From Octopus vulgaris (lineage: Eukaryota), in assembly GCA_951406725.2 (NCBI GenBank), contig OX597829.1, positions 14,012,001-14,076,000 of the forward strand: a DNA stretch of 64,000 nucleotides. The letters run 5' to 3'. Positions 48,025 through 63,267 of the stretch are shown piece by piece. Under the pieces are notes generated by a model. It was not told the origin of the DNA and searched no databases. It was given only the letters and a program-made list of their open reading frames with translations. How positions within the stretch are numbered: position 1 is the first letter of the stretch; the number at the start of each line of letters is the position of its first letter. The position numbers and the translations under genes are program-made.

Positions 48025-48240
48025 GTATGTGTGTGTGTTTGTGTGTCTGTGTTTGTCCCCCTAGCATTGCTTGACAACCGATGCTGGTGTGTTTACGTCC
48101 CCGTCACTTAGCGGTTCGGCAAAAGAGACCGATAGAATAAGTACTGGGCTTACAAAGAATAAGTCCCGGGGTCGATTTGCTCGACTAAAGGCGGTGCTCC
48201 AGCATGGCCGCAGTCAAATGACTGAAACAAGTAAAAGAGT
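47606..48240 (+). mobile_element. SINE family 1 with tandemly repeated head (fragment 47606-47625, head 47642-47805, full copy 47819-48240)
   Basis: Direct repeats of the ~165-bp head separated by short (TA) tracts. Confidence 0.93.
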
Positions 48241-48593
48241 ATAACAGTTTTTTTTACCTTAAATGCTTGAAATGGGTATTTTTCGATGTAATAATCTCGA
48301 TTTCTTTACAGTCTCAGTTTAAAAAAAGGTCATTTAATGAAATGAAAATATATAGAGAGAGATATATTTACATTCATCGCCAATAGAACAGGCGTGTCTC
48401 GCAAAATGGTTCAACTCTTACTCTTATTCTCCATGACGTTTAGGACTGCCTGTCTTTCCAGCTGTGGTCACTCTTCTGCTTTCGACACGGTTACTTTATC
48501 ACCAATCAACTTCGTCATCTGACAAGAAATAGAAAGAGTGTAATGGGATGTTCATATATGTTTAGTTTCTATGCTGCAACTTCGGAGATGATG

Positions 48594-49145
48594 ATCATCA
48601 TCATCATTGTTCGACCGTGGTCGAGACAATCGAAGTTACCATGCTACGGCAGACTTCACGGTCCATCATGGCATTACGGCATTGTGGATGCCTGATGTAA
48701 TCTCCAGGGTAGGAGATTGTGCGCTCTCTGGTATCTCGAGTAGATGGCTTCCAGAGGAGAAGAGTAGAAATTGCCTCGTTTTCAGCTCTACAACAATGTC
48801 TCCTACCTTTCACAAGAGATGACACAGGTGGTAGTTTCCCATATATTTGCATTTTGGTTGGATGACGCTTCCACGAGAGATTTTGAGCTCTCATAAGGAG
48901 GCGAATGTAGGTTCCATACAACCACCTCTCAAGCTTCTTTGATAACGTCCAGGTTTCTGAGCCATATAATAGAATTGGTTCGACTGTGGCTTTGAAGATT
49001 TCAAGTTTGAAGTCTCTACTTAGATTTGATGACCAGATCTTATGCATGTCATTACAGGCTGACCAGGCCATACCCTTTCTAGTTAGAAAATCTTTTCCAG
49101 ATGATGATATGTATGACCCAAGATATTTGTAATCAGAAACTTGTT
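48594..49145 (-). mobile_element. 5'-truncated RTE-type LINE with (ATG)n tail
   Basis: DYKYLGSYI, FKATVEPILLYGSETWTL, RLLMRAQNLSWKRH; tail catcatcatcat on +. Confidence 0.88.
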
Positions 49146-49645
49146 TGCATGATGTGCACACACAAACACTGTCCCACAATATTTCCTCGCTGCTGAGCTC
49201 ACTGCTTGAGAAAATTGTCTTTAGTGCAGATGAGCATTACTATTTTTTTTTATATTTACCTGTTGTTTATGTTGTACTTATTACTACTGTCGCTGTTTAC
49301 GTAGTATTGAAAGAGGAGGAGCTCCCACTTTTACATTTCTCAAGATGGCAGAACTTTGTCAACTAGTCTTGGCTAACACATCTACTCTTTTACTCTTTTA
49401 CTTGTTTCAGTCATTTGATTGTGGCTATGCTGGAGCACCGACTGATAGCAAGGACCACTGTTTTAGGGACAAGGAAGGGGGTAGTTAATACCAGTGGCCC
49501 TAATACTTGACCGGTATTTTATTTTATCGATCTCGAAAGAATGAAATGCAAAGTTTACCTCGCAGGGATTTGAAATAATAACAAGAAGAAGAAGAAGAAG
49601 AAGAAGAAGAAGAAGAAGAAGAAGAAGAAGAAGAAGAAGAAGAAG

Positions 49646-49680
<35 letters not shown>

Positions 49681-49689
49681 CGATAATAA

Positions 49690-50813
<1,124 letters not shown>

Positions 50814-50814
50814 T

Positions 50815-50851
<37 letters not shown>

Positions 50852-50901
50852 TTAATAATAAAAATGATAAAAATAATAATAATAATAATAATAATAATAT
50901 G

Positions 50902-50952
<51 letters not shown>

Positions 50953-50954
50953 TG

Positions 50955-50989
<35 letters not shown>

Positions 50990-51064
50990 TAATAATAATA
51001 ATGATAATAATGATAATAATAATAATAATAATAATATTAATAATGATGATAATAATAATAATAA

Positions 51065-52673
<1,609 letters not shown>

Positions 52674-52678
52674 TGTTG

Positions 52679-52714
<36 letters not shown>

Positions 52715-52731
52715 TAATAATAATAATAATG

Positions 52732-52765
<34 letters not shown>

Positions 52766-52769
52766 TAAA

Positions 52770-52897
<128 letters not shown>

Positions 52898-52933
52898 TAA
52901 TAATAATAATAATAATAATAATGATAATAATAA

Positions 52934-53009
<76 letters not shown>

Positions 53010-53010
53010 A

Positions 53011-53084
<74 letters not shown>

Positions 53085-53367
53085 GCTGCGTAGTGGGGAC
53101 AAAAGAAGTAACAGATACAGCAACGTTATAGCAATAATGTATCAATAAAATTGACAACGTTTACAACAGCCAGCTTTAAGAAATATTTGTAAGATTAGAA
53201 ATACACACAAAGAAGGAGTGAGAAACAGTTGTAATAACATTCACAACAAAAGAAAATATACAATAACTACTATTACTGCTGTTACGACTACTAAAAACAA
53301 CAACAACAATAGTAACAGCTGGAGCTTTGTTGTTAGAATAACATAGAATATATACTGTAACAACAAC

Positions 53368-53416
<49 letters not shown>

Positions 53417-53662
53417 TTGGATTGGCCATAAGGTTTCATCTATTCTTTCATACAAGATGGTACAAAAATATCATTTAGATACAAGACACATATGCTTGAG
53501 TACGTGTGTGTATTTACATACATACATGCATATATACATATATATATATATATACATATATATAAATATGTGTATATGTAAGTATATATATATATGTATA
53601 TGCATGTGTGTATATGTGTGAGTATGTATATATATATATGCATACACACAACACACACATCC

Positions 53663-53719
<57 letters not shown>

Positions 53720-53840
53720 CATGCATACATAATGTATATATGTATATATATATATATATATATATGTATATGTAGGTCCCGGGTTGATTCGGGGTTAACC
53801 ACAGTAAATGAGGTACTCAATACATAGCAGAGTAAAATTA

Positions 53841-54070
53841 ATTTATTATATAGAAGGAGCTTCTACAGGACTAGAACTGTTTCATTCAAGAGAAATCTTC
53901 AGGAAGCTAGTTAACAAGAATTGTATTGGCATTTATACATTTAGGCAGGTTTAAAGGGGTATTGGTGGGGGACTTTTTGGGGGTAGGCATAGCGCAAAAT
54001 ATCATACTTGGGGGAGTGGTCAAGGAGTCAGTGTTAAATTAGATAGAAGAATAAATAAAAAATAAAAAAT

Positions 54071-54138
<68 letters not shown>

Positions 54139-54762
54139 TGGGATAGGGTTTTAGGTAAATAAGGAGATTCTCACTTATACCTATGCACATATGTATACAT
54201 ATATACACACGCATACAAACATATACATATACATACACACATACATACACACACATATATACATATACATATATATACACTTACACATACATATACATAT
54301 CTACACATACACATATATGTATACATACACTCACTCACATGCATACACGTATACACACATGTATATATACACACACACGACAACACATACATATACACAC
54401 AGAAAAATATATATACACATACACACACATACTCACATACACGCATACACACATGCGTGTATGTGAGTATGTGTGTGTATGTGTATATATATTTTTCTGT
54501 GTGTATATGTATGTGTTGTCGTGTGTGTGTATATATACATGTGTGTATACGTGTATGCATGTGAGTGAGTGTATGTATACATATATGTGTATGTGTAGAT
54601 ATGTATATGTATGTGTAAGTGTATATATATGTATATGTATATATGTGTGTGTATGTATGTGTGTATGTATATGTATATGTTTGTATGCGTGTGTATATAT
54701 GTATACATATGTGCATAGGTATAAGTGAGAATCTCCTTATTTACCTAAAACCCTATCCCCCT

Positions 54763-54807
<45 letters not shown>

Positions 54808-55038
54808 TATTTTTTATTTTTTATTTATTCTTCTATCTAATTTAACACTGACTCCTTGACCACTCCCCCAAGTATGATATTTTGCGCTATGCCTACCCCC
54901 AAAAAGTCCCCCACCAACACCCCTTTAAACCTGCCTAAATGTATAAATGCCAATACAATTCTTGTTAACTAGCTTCCTGAAGATTTCTCTTGAATGAAAC
55001 AGTTCTAGTCCTGTAGAAGCTCCTTCTATATAATAAAT
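53841..55038. repeat. Large near-perfect palindrome, ~600-bp arms, 6-nt loop at 54447-54452
   Basis: ORFs 54171-54716(-) and 54183-54728(+) are nearly identical; arms differ mainly in (TA)n length and a few substitutions. Confidence 0.97.
54971..55021 (+). ncRNA. Complete type-I hammerhead ribozyme (GUA site); mirror copy 53858-53908 (-)
   Basis: AGCUUC CUGAAGA UUUC UCUU GAAU GAA ACAG UUCUAGUC CUGU A GAAGCU. Confidence 0.85.
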
Positions 55039-55076
55039 ATATATATGTATATATATATACATATACATATATATAT

Positions 55077-55466
55077 GGATGATACAACCTCGATACAGGG
55101 ACGATACAACCTCGAACGAACGAATAAGTAAAGAAGCTCTCTTTATTACAAAATACAGGCCATTTCTGAACGGGTTTACGACAAACGATATATACACCTC
55201 AGCTTTAGAATAACACAAATACTCACGCCAATATTACATTCCAAAGAATCCATTACAAATCAGCCCCAATCACAGCTATAACCCATAACGTGCCAACTTT
55301 AAGTCATACAACACCTCACTACTTCCACTCATTCATATTCTCCTTCCTCTTTCTTCTTCTTCTTCTTCTTCTTCTTCTTCTTCTTCTTCTTCTTCTTCTT
55401 CTTCTTCTTCTTCTTCTTCTTCTTCTTCTTCTTCTTCTTCTTCTTCTTCTACTACATCCTACTACT

Positions 55467-55529
<63 letters not shown>

Positions 55530-56037
55530 TTCTTCTTCTTCTTCTTCTTCTTCTTCTTCTTCTGCTCCATCTTCTACTTCTTAACTTCATCATTAATGCT
55601 TTTTAGTATAACACCTACGCAAATTCTATAAACAAACCTTTCAATAGAAATATTCTCATGAATTGAACAGCAACTGCTAGCCGCCACTGACCACTCAAAA
55701 TACGACAATCAAGGCACTCCCAAATTCCCCCACCTCTTCATCCTTCTTCTTCTTCCCTACCAAGAATTCACAACGACCTCCAACCCACAAGTGTAAACAA
55801 GAGAGACAGAGAAAGCCAGAAACAAGGAAAATGCCACTTATATTTGAACACTATACAAATATTCCTTTAAAAAACTTTCCTTTTAATTTTTCTAAATTTA
55901 ATTATTTAATTGTTACAGTTGAAAAGGTCTCTAATGACCGAAACCGGTACTGAAATGTTCTTTATAAAATTATTTTAGCATTTTCTATCTTGACTTGTTT
56001 TTTCATATATATCAACTCGTCTGTTCCTTTTCATTCT

Positions 56038-56040
<3 letters not shown>
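55077..56040 (+). mobile_element. 5'-truncated Penelope-like element: GIY-YIG C-terminal remnant, microsatellite-rich UTR, terminal hammerhead
   Basis: 55091-55213 translates RYRDDTTSNERISKEALFITKYRPFLNG...*; hammerhead at 55916-55952; 55855-56005 is the reverse complement of ~6495-6645. Confidence 0.65.
55916..55952 (+). ncRNA. Minimal hammerhead ribozyme, U3-A8 variant
   Basis: CAG UUGAAAA GGUC UCUAAU GACC GAAA CCGG UA CUG. Confidence 0.8.
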
Positions 56041-56082
<42 letters not shown>

Positions 56083-56321
56083 TTGGATAGATAGATAGAT
56101 AGATATAGATTTACATATATATAGATATACATATATATATATATACAAATATGTGTGTGTGTATAGTAGAATAGTTAGCGAGCAATTCTAGGGCGGGCAA
56201 GACTATGATCAGAAGCGAAAGAACATGTCCCTGATTGTAAAGATACAGCGGAATCCTTGGCTTCCACAATTGTTAGCATGTAACAGTAGGTGTTACGGGA
56301 GAGAGAGATGCAACACGAAAT

Positions 56322-56375
56322 TTTGTCAGTGAACAGGTCGCTGTCCCCAAAGAGCGACGAAAATATTTTGGCAAA
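56322..56375 (+). ncRNA. Minimal hammerhead ribozyme, G3-C8 variant
   Basis: UUUGUCA GUGAACA G GUCGCU GUCCCCAAAG AGCGAC GAAA AUAU UU UGGCAAA. Confidence 0.8.
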
Positions 56376-56531
56376 TTAAATTTAAATGTTGAAGTGAACC
56401 TAAAGGTTTTTGTGTGTTTCGTAAATGGCTTATAAACACCTTCCACGCTGCAATTGTTTTCGTTCCAGCACACTATCTCAGATCAAGTCACATGCAAGCA
56501 CATGAATATGCACAATACATGCATACAGATG

Positions 56532-56569
<38 letters not shown>

Positions 56570-56700
56570 CATATGCATACACACACATATATACATACAC
56601 ACACATGTATACATACATGTATACACACAAACACTGACCCACTCACATGCGCAAAAACAGACAAAAGGGAACGCAGTGTAAATAACGGACAGAGTCAAGA

Positions 56701-56737
56701 CTATTGAAAAGGTTGCAAGACGCAACGAAAATTTTAG
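56701..56737 (+). ncRNA. Minimal hammerhead-like motif, second U3-A8 family
   Basis: CUA UUGAAAA G GUUGC AAGAC GCAAC GAAA AU UU UAG. Confidence 0.65.
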
Positions 56738-56886
56738 AAAATAAAAATAAGAAATAAGTGGAAATTTTACCGGTGAGTGTGTTAAATAATAAGGCACTAA
56801 AAGAGAATGACTCTCCCCAGACACAACAGAATATGCTTCAACACACGAACTCATATAAAGAATCTTGCAGAGCAAATCCCAAAACG

Positions 56887-56940
<54 letters not shown>

Positions 56941-57074
56941 ACACACACACATATATATATGTATTTTTTCCGACCTGTCCATCTGATGTAGTTACACATC
57001 GCTGGTCACAATACGTTCGCATTGTTTTAGCCTTCGAATGACGCCACCCCGCTGGCTAAGCGAGCAGGCCAATA

Positions 57075-57213
<139 letters not shown>

Positions 57214-57783
57214 TTCCCGGACTACATGGGGAATATATTCCCCCTTAATGGGACGCCGGTCCGTTGGGGGATTATTAATGTTTGCCAGTTGAGTAGACCT
57301 GGGCCACATGAAATGACGTTTTGTTCTTTTTTATGAAGAACATCCTTACTCTTGAGCCACGACCTCCTCTCGGTTTATCATATTTAAGATATACGCACTG
57401 TTGATGGGTCACTTACTGTGCAATATTTGTCCCAACATAATATCTCTTAAAAACAGCATGTCTTAAAAATATAATGAATATCAGATGAAACATCGCCTCA
57501 ATAACGGCCAACAGATCCATTTCGGCCACGAGAATTCATTGGCCCTGATAACAGAAAATAATAAATAAATGATATAGGAGTTAGTATATAGGTCTTACCG
57601 ACTAACCAAGTACGTTGAAAAGTGTCGGGTGAAGAAATTGTCTTTCTATTGGCTACCATGAACAAAATTGTTGTGAACAAAGTAGCCCTCACGTGCATGT
57701 TGGATTTTCTACATGGTGCTGTTAAGTTTCCCTAAGATTACTTTTCCTCAATTGGAAAGAAAAACTAGAGAATAATATAATTT

Positions 57784-58403
57784 TAGAATGGTTGTATACT
57801 GTCAATTTAACGTGACAGTAGTGGATTACACCGCTGTTTAGCCCTAGGAAGCATCGACGCTTCCTGCCGGCTTCGACACATTTTTTTTCCTGTGTCCTTA
57901 TATATTTACGAAGGGGAGACAAACACCCCCAGCAGCCAGGCCTGCATCTAGAGACACGCATGTTTCAGGATCTTTGTCCATCATCGGTCTAGAGTAGCAG
58001 AAGCCCGCCAGCCGCAGATATCTGTCTCGATTTCGTAAATATATATATCTAATTTTCAGTGAAGTTTATTCACTGATTACCAAATTTAATATTTCTGATT
58101 TTGGTAATCAGTGAATAAACTTCACTGAAAATTAGATATATATATTTACGAAATCGAGACAGATATCTGCGGCTGGCGGGCTTCTGCTACTCTAGACCGA
58201 TGATGGACAAAGATCCTGAAACATGCGTGTCTCTAGATGCAGGCCTGGCTGCTGGGGGTGTTTGTCTCCCCTTCGTAAATATATAAGGACACAGGAAAAA
58301 AAATGTGTCGAAGCCGGCAGGAAGCGTCGATGCTTCCTAGGGCTAAACAGCGGTGGTGTAATCCCCTACTGTCACGTTAAATTGACAGTATACAACCATT
58401 CTA
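57784..58403. repeat. Near-perfect palindrome, ~300-bp arms, 15-nt loop 58085-58099
   Basis: ORFs 57722-57961(-) and 58223-58432(+) share their N-terminal 45 aa. Confidence 0.97.
58191..58237 (+). ncRNA. Type-I hammerhead ribozyme (GUC site, U4C); mirror copy 57947-57993 (-)
   Basis: UCUAGA CCGAUGA U GGA CAAAGA UCC U GAA ACAU GC GUGU C UCUAGA. Confidence 0.8.
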
Positions 58404-58936
58404 TCGCCCCACCACCGTACATATCTCTATGAGATATTTAGAAATTTAATATTTCTAATATAATTTTAGATACACTGAAAGAAATTAAGGAATAAAGGTC
58501 ATGTTTAGAATGAACATACATCTGCTAAGTCAAAATTGAATTGGTGGTAAAAGAAAAAGCAACAACGTAATAATAATATGAGTTCTATTTTTGTTATAAG
58601 TTTTTATACATATATACATACATAATACACATACATACACATACACATACATACGCATACTGATACGTGCACGCATACATGTATACTTAGATACTCATAT
58701 ACATATATATATATATATACACACACACACATATAAACACACACATGCTACAGGTATGTCAGACGTAGTATTTTTATTGATGAACAAATCAATTACATCA
58801 TGTAAAAAATAATACGTTTATTCAGTTAAATAAAGAGTAAAATTGAACAATAATGATTTCAGACATAAATAGTATATAATGCATATTGACCCTTTCTTCT
58901 AAATGTTCATTAACCGAAGAAAACTTATTATTTATA

Positions 58937-58981
<45 letters not shown>

Positions 58982-59015
58982 ATATATATATATGTGTATA
59001 TATATTATATATATA

Positions 59016-59092
<77 letters not shown>

Positions 59093-59115
59093 ACTTATAT
59101 ATATATATATACATA

Positions 59116-59189
<74 letters not shown>

Positions 59190-59196
59190 TATTATA

Positions 59197-59208
59197 GGCG
59201 CAGGAGTT

Positions 59209-59302
<94 letters not shown>

Positions 59303-59341
59303 ATTATATATATATATATACATATATATGTATATTATATA

Positions 59342-59372
<31 letters not shown>

Positions 59373-59769
59373 CATATATATGCGTGGTAAGTAACTTGTC
59401 TACCAACCATATGGTTCTGGGTTCAGTCCCACTGCGTGGCACCTTGGGCAAGTGTCTTCTACTATAGCCTCGGGCCGACCAAAGCCTTGTGAGTAGATTT
59501 GGTAGACGGAAACTGAAAGAAGCCCGTCGTATGTATGTATATATATATGTATATATATATATATATATATATGCGTGTGTGTGTTTGTGTGTCTGTGTTT
59601 GTCCTCTAGTATTTATGTCCCCGTTACTTAGCGGTTCGGCAAAAGAGACCGATAGAATAAGTACTGGGCTTACAAAAGAATAAGTCCCGGGGTCGAGTCG
59701 CTCGATTAAAAGCAGTGCTCCAGCATGGCCGCAGTCAAAATACTGAAACAAGTAAAAGAGTAAAAGAGA
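59197..59769 (+). mobile_element. SINE family 1 with head interrupted by a (TA)-rich tract
   Basis: ggcgcaggagt at 59197-59207, remainder resumes at ~59383. Confidence 0.85.
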
Positions 59770-60050
59770 ATATATATATATATATATATTACTTATTATA
59801 TATTGTTTATTCATTTATGTACTTTTTATGATCTAGTTATATATTTTATAATATATTTTATTTTTTCTTTATTATTTGGTTTATGTCTATCATTGCTTGA
59901 ATTACATAATAGTGTTTTTTCTCTAAGTCATATTTTATATATTTATATTGTGAAATTTGATTTAATACTAAATTGAATTTTTCCCTGTAAGTTTGGAGTT
60001 ATACTCCCTAATATAATAATAATAATAATAATTATTATTATTATAATTAT

Positions 60051-60094
<44 letters not shown>

Positions 60095-60100
<6 letters not shown>

Positions 60101-60320
60101 ATATGTTACAAATATTCAATAGTCAAGATAAAACTCTGAGTTTCAGATGCCGAAGTGGAAATACACAACACCATCTCTTCGAAGAGATGGTGTTGTGGAT
60201 TTCCACTTCGGCATCTGAAACTCAGAGTTTTATCTTGACTACCGAGTAATGTAACATATTATTTTATAGATAAATTTCCTCTATTTACATAATGTTGAGG
60301 TCTCTATCTTAACGTTTTTA

Positions 60321-60323
<3 letters not shown>
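60095..60323 (+). mobile_element. Fold-back copy (loop-less palindrome centred 60180/60181) of the 15130-15362 family
   Basis: agtcaagataaaactctgag...ccatctcttc|gaagagatgg...ctcagagttttatcttgact. Confidence 0.9.
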
Positions 60324-60371
<48 letters not shown>

Positions 60372-60375
<4 letters not shown>

Positions 60376-60740
60376 GGCGCAATGACCCAGGGGTTATGGC
60401 ACCGGACTTGCAGTCGTAGTATCGGGGCTTCGATTCCCAGACTGAGCGTTGTGAGTGTTTATTGAGCGAAAAAAACACCTAAAGCTCCACGAAGCTCTGG
60501 CAGGGGGGGGGGGGGGTAACCCTGCCGCACTCTTTCGCCACAACTTTCTCTCACACTTTCTTCCTGTTTTTGTTGTACCTGTATTTCAAAAGGCCAGCCT
60601 TGTCACACCCTGTGTAACGCTGAATCTCCCCGAGAATTACGTTAAGGGCACTCGTGTCAGTGGCGTGCTCAGCCACTTGCACGTTAATTTGATCAGATCA
60701 ACTGGAACCCTCGTCGTCGTAACCGACGGAGTGCTGCGAT
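60372..60740 (+). mobile_element. SINE family 3 (tRNA-derived head)
   Basis: ggcgcaatgacccaggggtta...ggcttcgattccc A/B-box-like head followed by GC-richer body; single copy here. Confidence 0.6.
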
Positions 60741-60763
60741 GTGTATGTATATATACATATATA

Positions 60764-60794
<31 letters not shown>

Positions 60795-60797
60795 GCA

Positions 60798-60829
<32 letters not shown>

Positions 60830-60874
60830 AATATGTATATATGTATATGTATATATCTTTATATATGTATATAT

Positions 60875-60928
<54 letters not shown>

Positions 60929-60938
<10 letters not shown>

Positions 60939-61285
60939 GAAAGAATGGAGTTGAACGACGATTTAACAAAATTCCTTTATTCTTTGACATATGCTTCGAA
61001 GGCTGCATATTCCTAATTTCGAAGGAATAAGGTGTGCATTATGCTGCCTTCTCATCAGAAGAGACAAGGAATTTATGTCAGCATCAAGATGAACAAAAAC
61101 TCTTAGATGACTGCCCACTCAGAGTCCATAGCGATGTTTTGTTCATCTTGATGCTGACATAAGTTCCTTGTCTCTCCTGGTGAGAAGGCAGCATAATGCA
61201 CCCCTTATTCCTTCGAAATTAGGAATATGCAGCCTTCGAAACATATGTCGAGAATAAAGGAATTTTGTTAAATCGTCGTTCAACT
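60929..61285. repeat. Fold-back inverted repeat (~150-180-bp arms) with a hammerhead in each arm (61173-61253 +, 60981-61062 -)
   Basis: + arm: UCUC CUGGUGA GAAGGC...GCCUUC GAAA CAUAUG UC GAGA; - arm has CUGAUGA but GAAG. Confidence 0.88.
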
Positions 61286-61403
61286 CCATTCATTCATTTA
61301 TTTATATTAAAAAAACACAAATTTCCACAGGAAAGCACGTGATCTCTGCCCTTGGCATGTAGCTTCAACCGTGTTTTTCTGAGGGATAATTCATTCAACT
61401 ACT

Positions 61404-61452
<49 letters not shown>

Positions 61453-61455
<3 letters not shown>

Positions 61456-62210
61456 GAGGGAGATAAATTGAATATTAATTTAATTAATATCAATTTAAAA
61501 CCAGTAGCCTAGCATACAAAAATCTGAAAAATCAGAGAAAATCCTAATACATGTGTATATTTTAAAGTATACCACTATGTGGACAGCCATATACTAGAAA
61601 TAGATCACCTACGATCAAACTACAAAGAAAGAATGTTCTCTAGAGAAAAATTCAGAGGACACCAAAACAATAGGCGGGCAAGATAGATGAAAATTATATA
61701 AAAAAAAACAAGAATTAATCGCAAACCGGTATTAATACCGCAAACATATATTAATTAAATTAATATTCAATTTATCCCCTCATTATTTAAATTTTAAAAT
61801 AAATATGTTCTCTAATAGGCAGCATTAACTGCAGTAAATTATTTACTGCAGTTTTTGTTTCCGGAATTTAGCGCGCCAGAACTCAGACATTTGAAATTAA
61901 CCCCAATGTAATCGGTGGAACTAAGCACGAGTCTGTTTTTATACGGAATACTGGTGGTTAGTTTTACAAATTATATTGCTTTTGGGACAATCGTACTGAT
62001 GAGTCCTACGGACGAAGGATTACGTAAGTGATTTACTTGTTAATAGGCGAAAGCGGTTTGCGATTAATTCTTGTTTTTTATATAATTTTCACCTGTCTTG
62101 CCCGCCTTTTGTTTTGGTGTCCGCTGAATTTTTCTCTAGAGAACATTCTTTCTTTGTAGTTTGATCGTAGGTGATCTATTTCTAGCATATGGCTGTCCAC
62201 ATAGTGGTTT
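61453..62210. repeat. Interleaved inverted repeats (61453-61490/61748-61785 and 61571-61728/62054-62208) around a partial hammerhead core at 61996-62016
   Basis: Arms readable directly; CUGAUGA GUCC UAC GGAC GAA. Confidence 0.85.
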
Positions 62211-62230
62211 TTAGGTCTTAAAATATACAC

Positions 62231-62284
<54 letters not shown>

Positions 62285-63267
62285 CAGGCACAGGCGTGGC
62301 TCTGTGTGGTAAGAAGCTTGCTTCTCAACCACATCGTTCCGTATTCAGTCCCACTGCCTGACACCTTTTGTTACTCTTACTAACAAAGGTTACATGTTAT
62401 TAAACATTTATTAAACATTTAATCCGGTATTGAGTTGTTACAACCCGCCATATAAAAATTTCAACAGCAAGTTTTTTTCGTATCGGGATTAGGATGTTGC
62501 ACTCACAATCGCAATATCATGGCTTTCATTCCTAGACGGGGCCCTGCGATGTGTTCTTAAGCAAATCGCTTCATTTCAAGTTGCTCCCATCCATTCAACT
62601 GTAAATAGCTAACCCTGCAGCGACCAGCATCCCATTCAAGATGAATTTGGTGACCTCAGTTTATTATGCTGTGAAATAACCAACCCTGTGAATCCGAGGA
62701 TTCGACAGTACTTTTTTTTTATTGTATCTACTGCGATAGGTTGTTAAAATGCAATCCACTCGATATAAATAGATTATGAATCACATCCTGATGCCCCAGC
62801 ATGGCCACATTCCAGTGACAAATGCTAAAAGGAGAAAATAATAAAGAACTATACAAACTAGCACACTCGTCTGCGTTGTATATAACCGGACAGATATAGT
62901 TGCCAGCCATGAAAACTAATGTCCACTTGTGTGTGTTTACACAGCTGAACATTGTATGAATACATAGTAATACAGTTAGTTGAGAAACTATCACAAACTG
63001 TCATTATTCAATTACTAGACAAAAACTTGCAGATATTCTTTGAATGGTTTCAATCTTTTAACTACGAACATGCTGGGGTACCATCTTGAAGTGCTTTAGT
63101 TGATCTTGTCGAGGTCAGTGCTTTCTTTTCCTAAATCTATTACTTATTTTATCAATTTCTTTTAATCGCACCGCTAACGGAACATAAATGCAGACACCAG
63201 TATTCTTTAAGTAGTCTCAACTATATAAAGGTAGATACACATATACGCACGTGCTGAAACACATATA

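Noticed and set aside
57722-58432. Duplicated ORF MRVSRCRPGC on both strands
   Set aside because: By-product of the palindrome; the frame starts within the hammerhead and has no protein features
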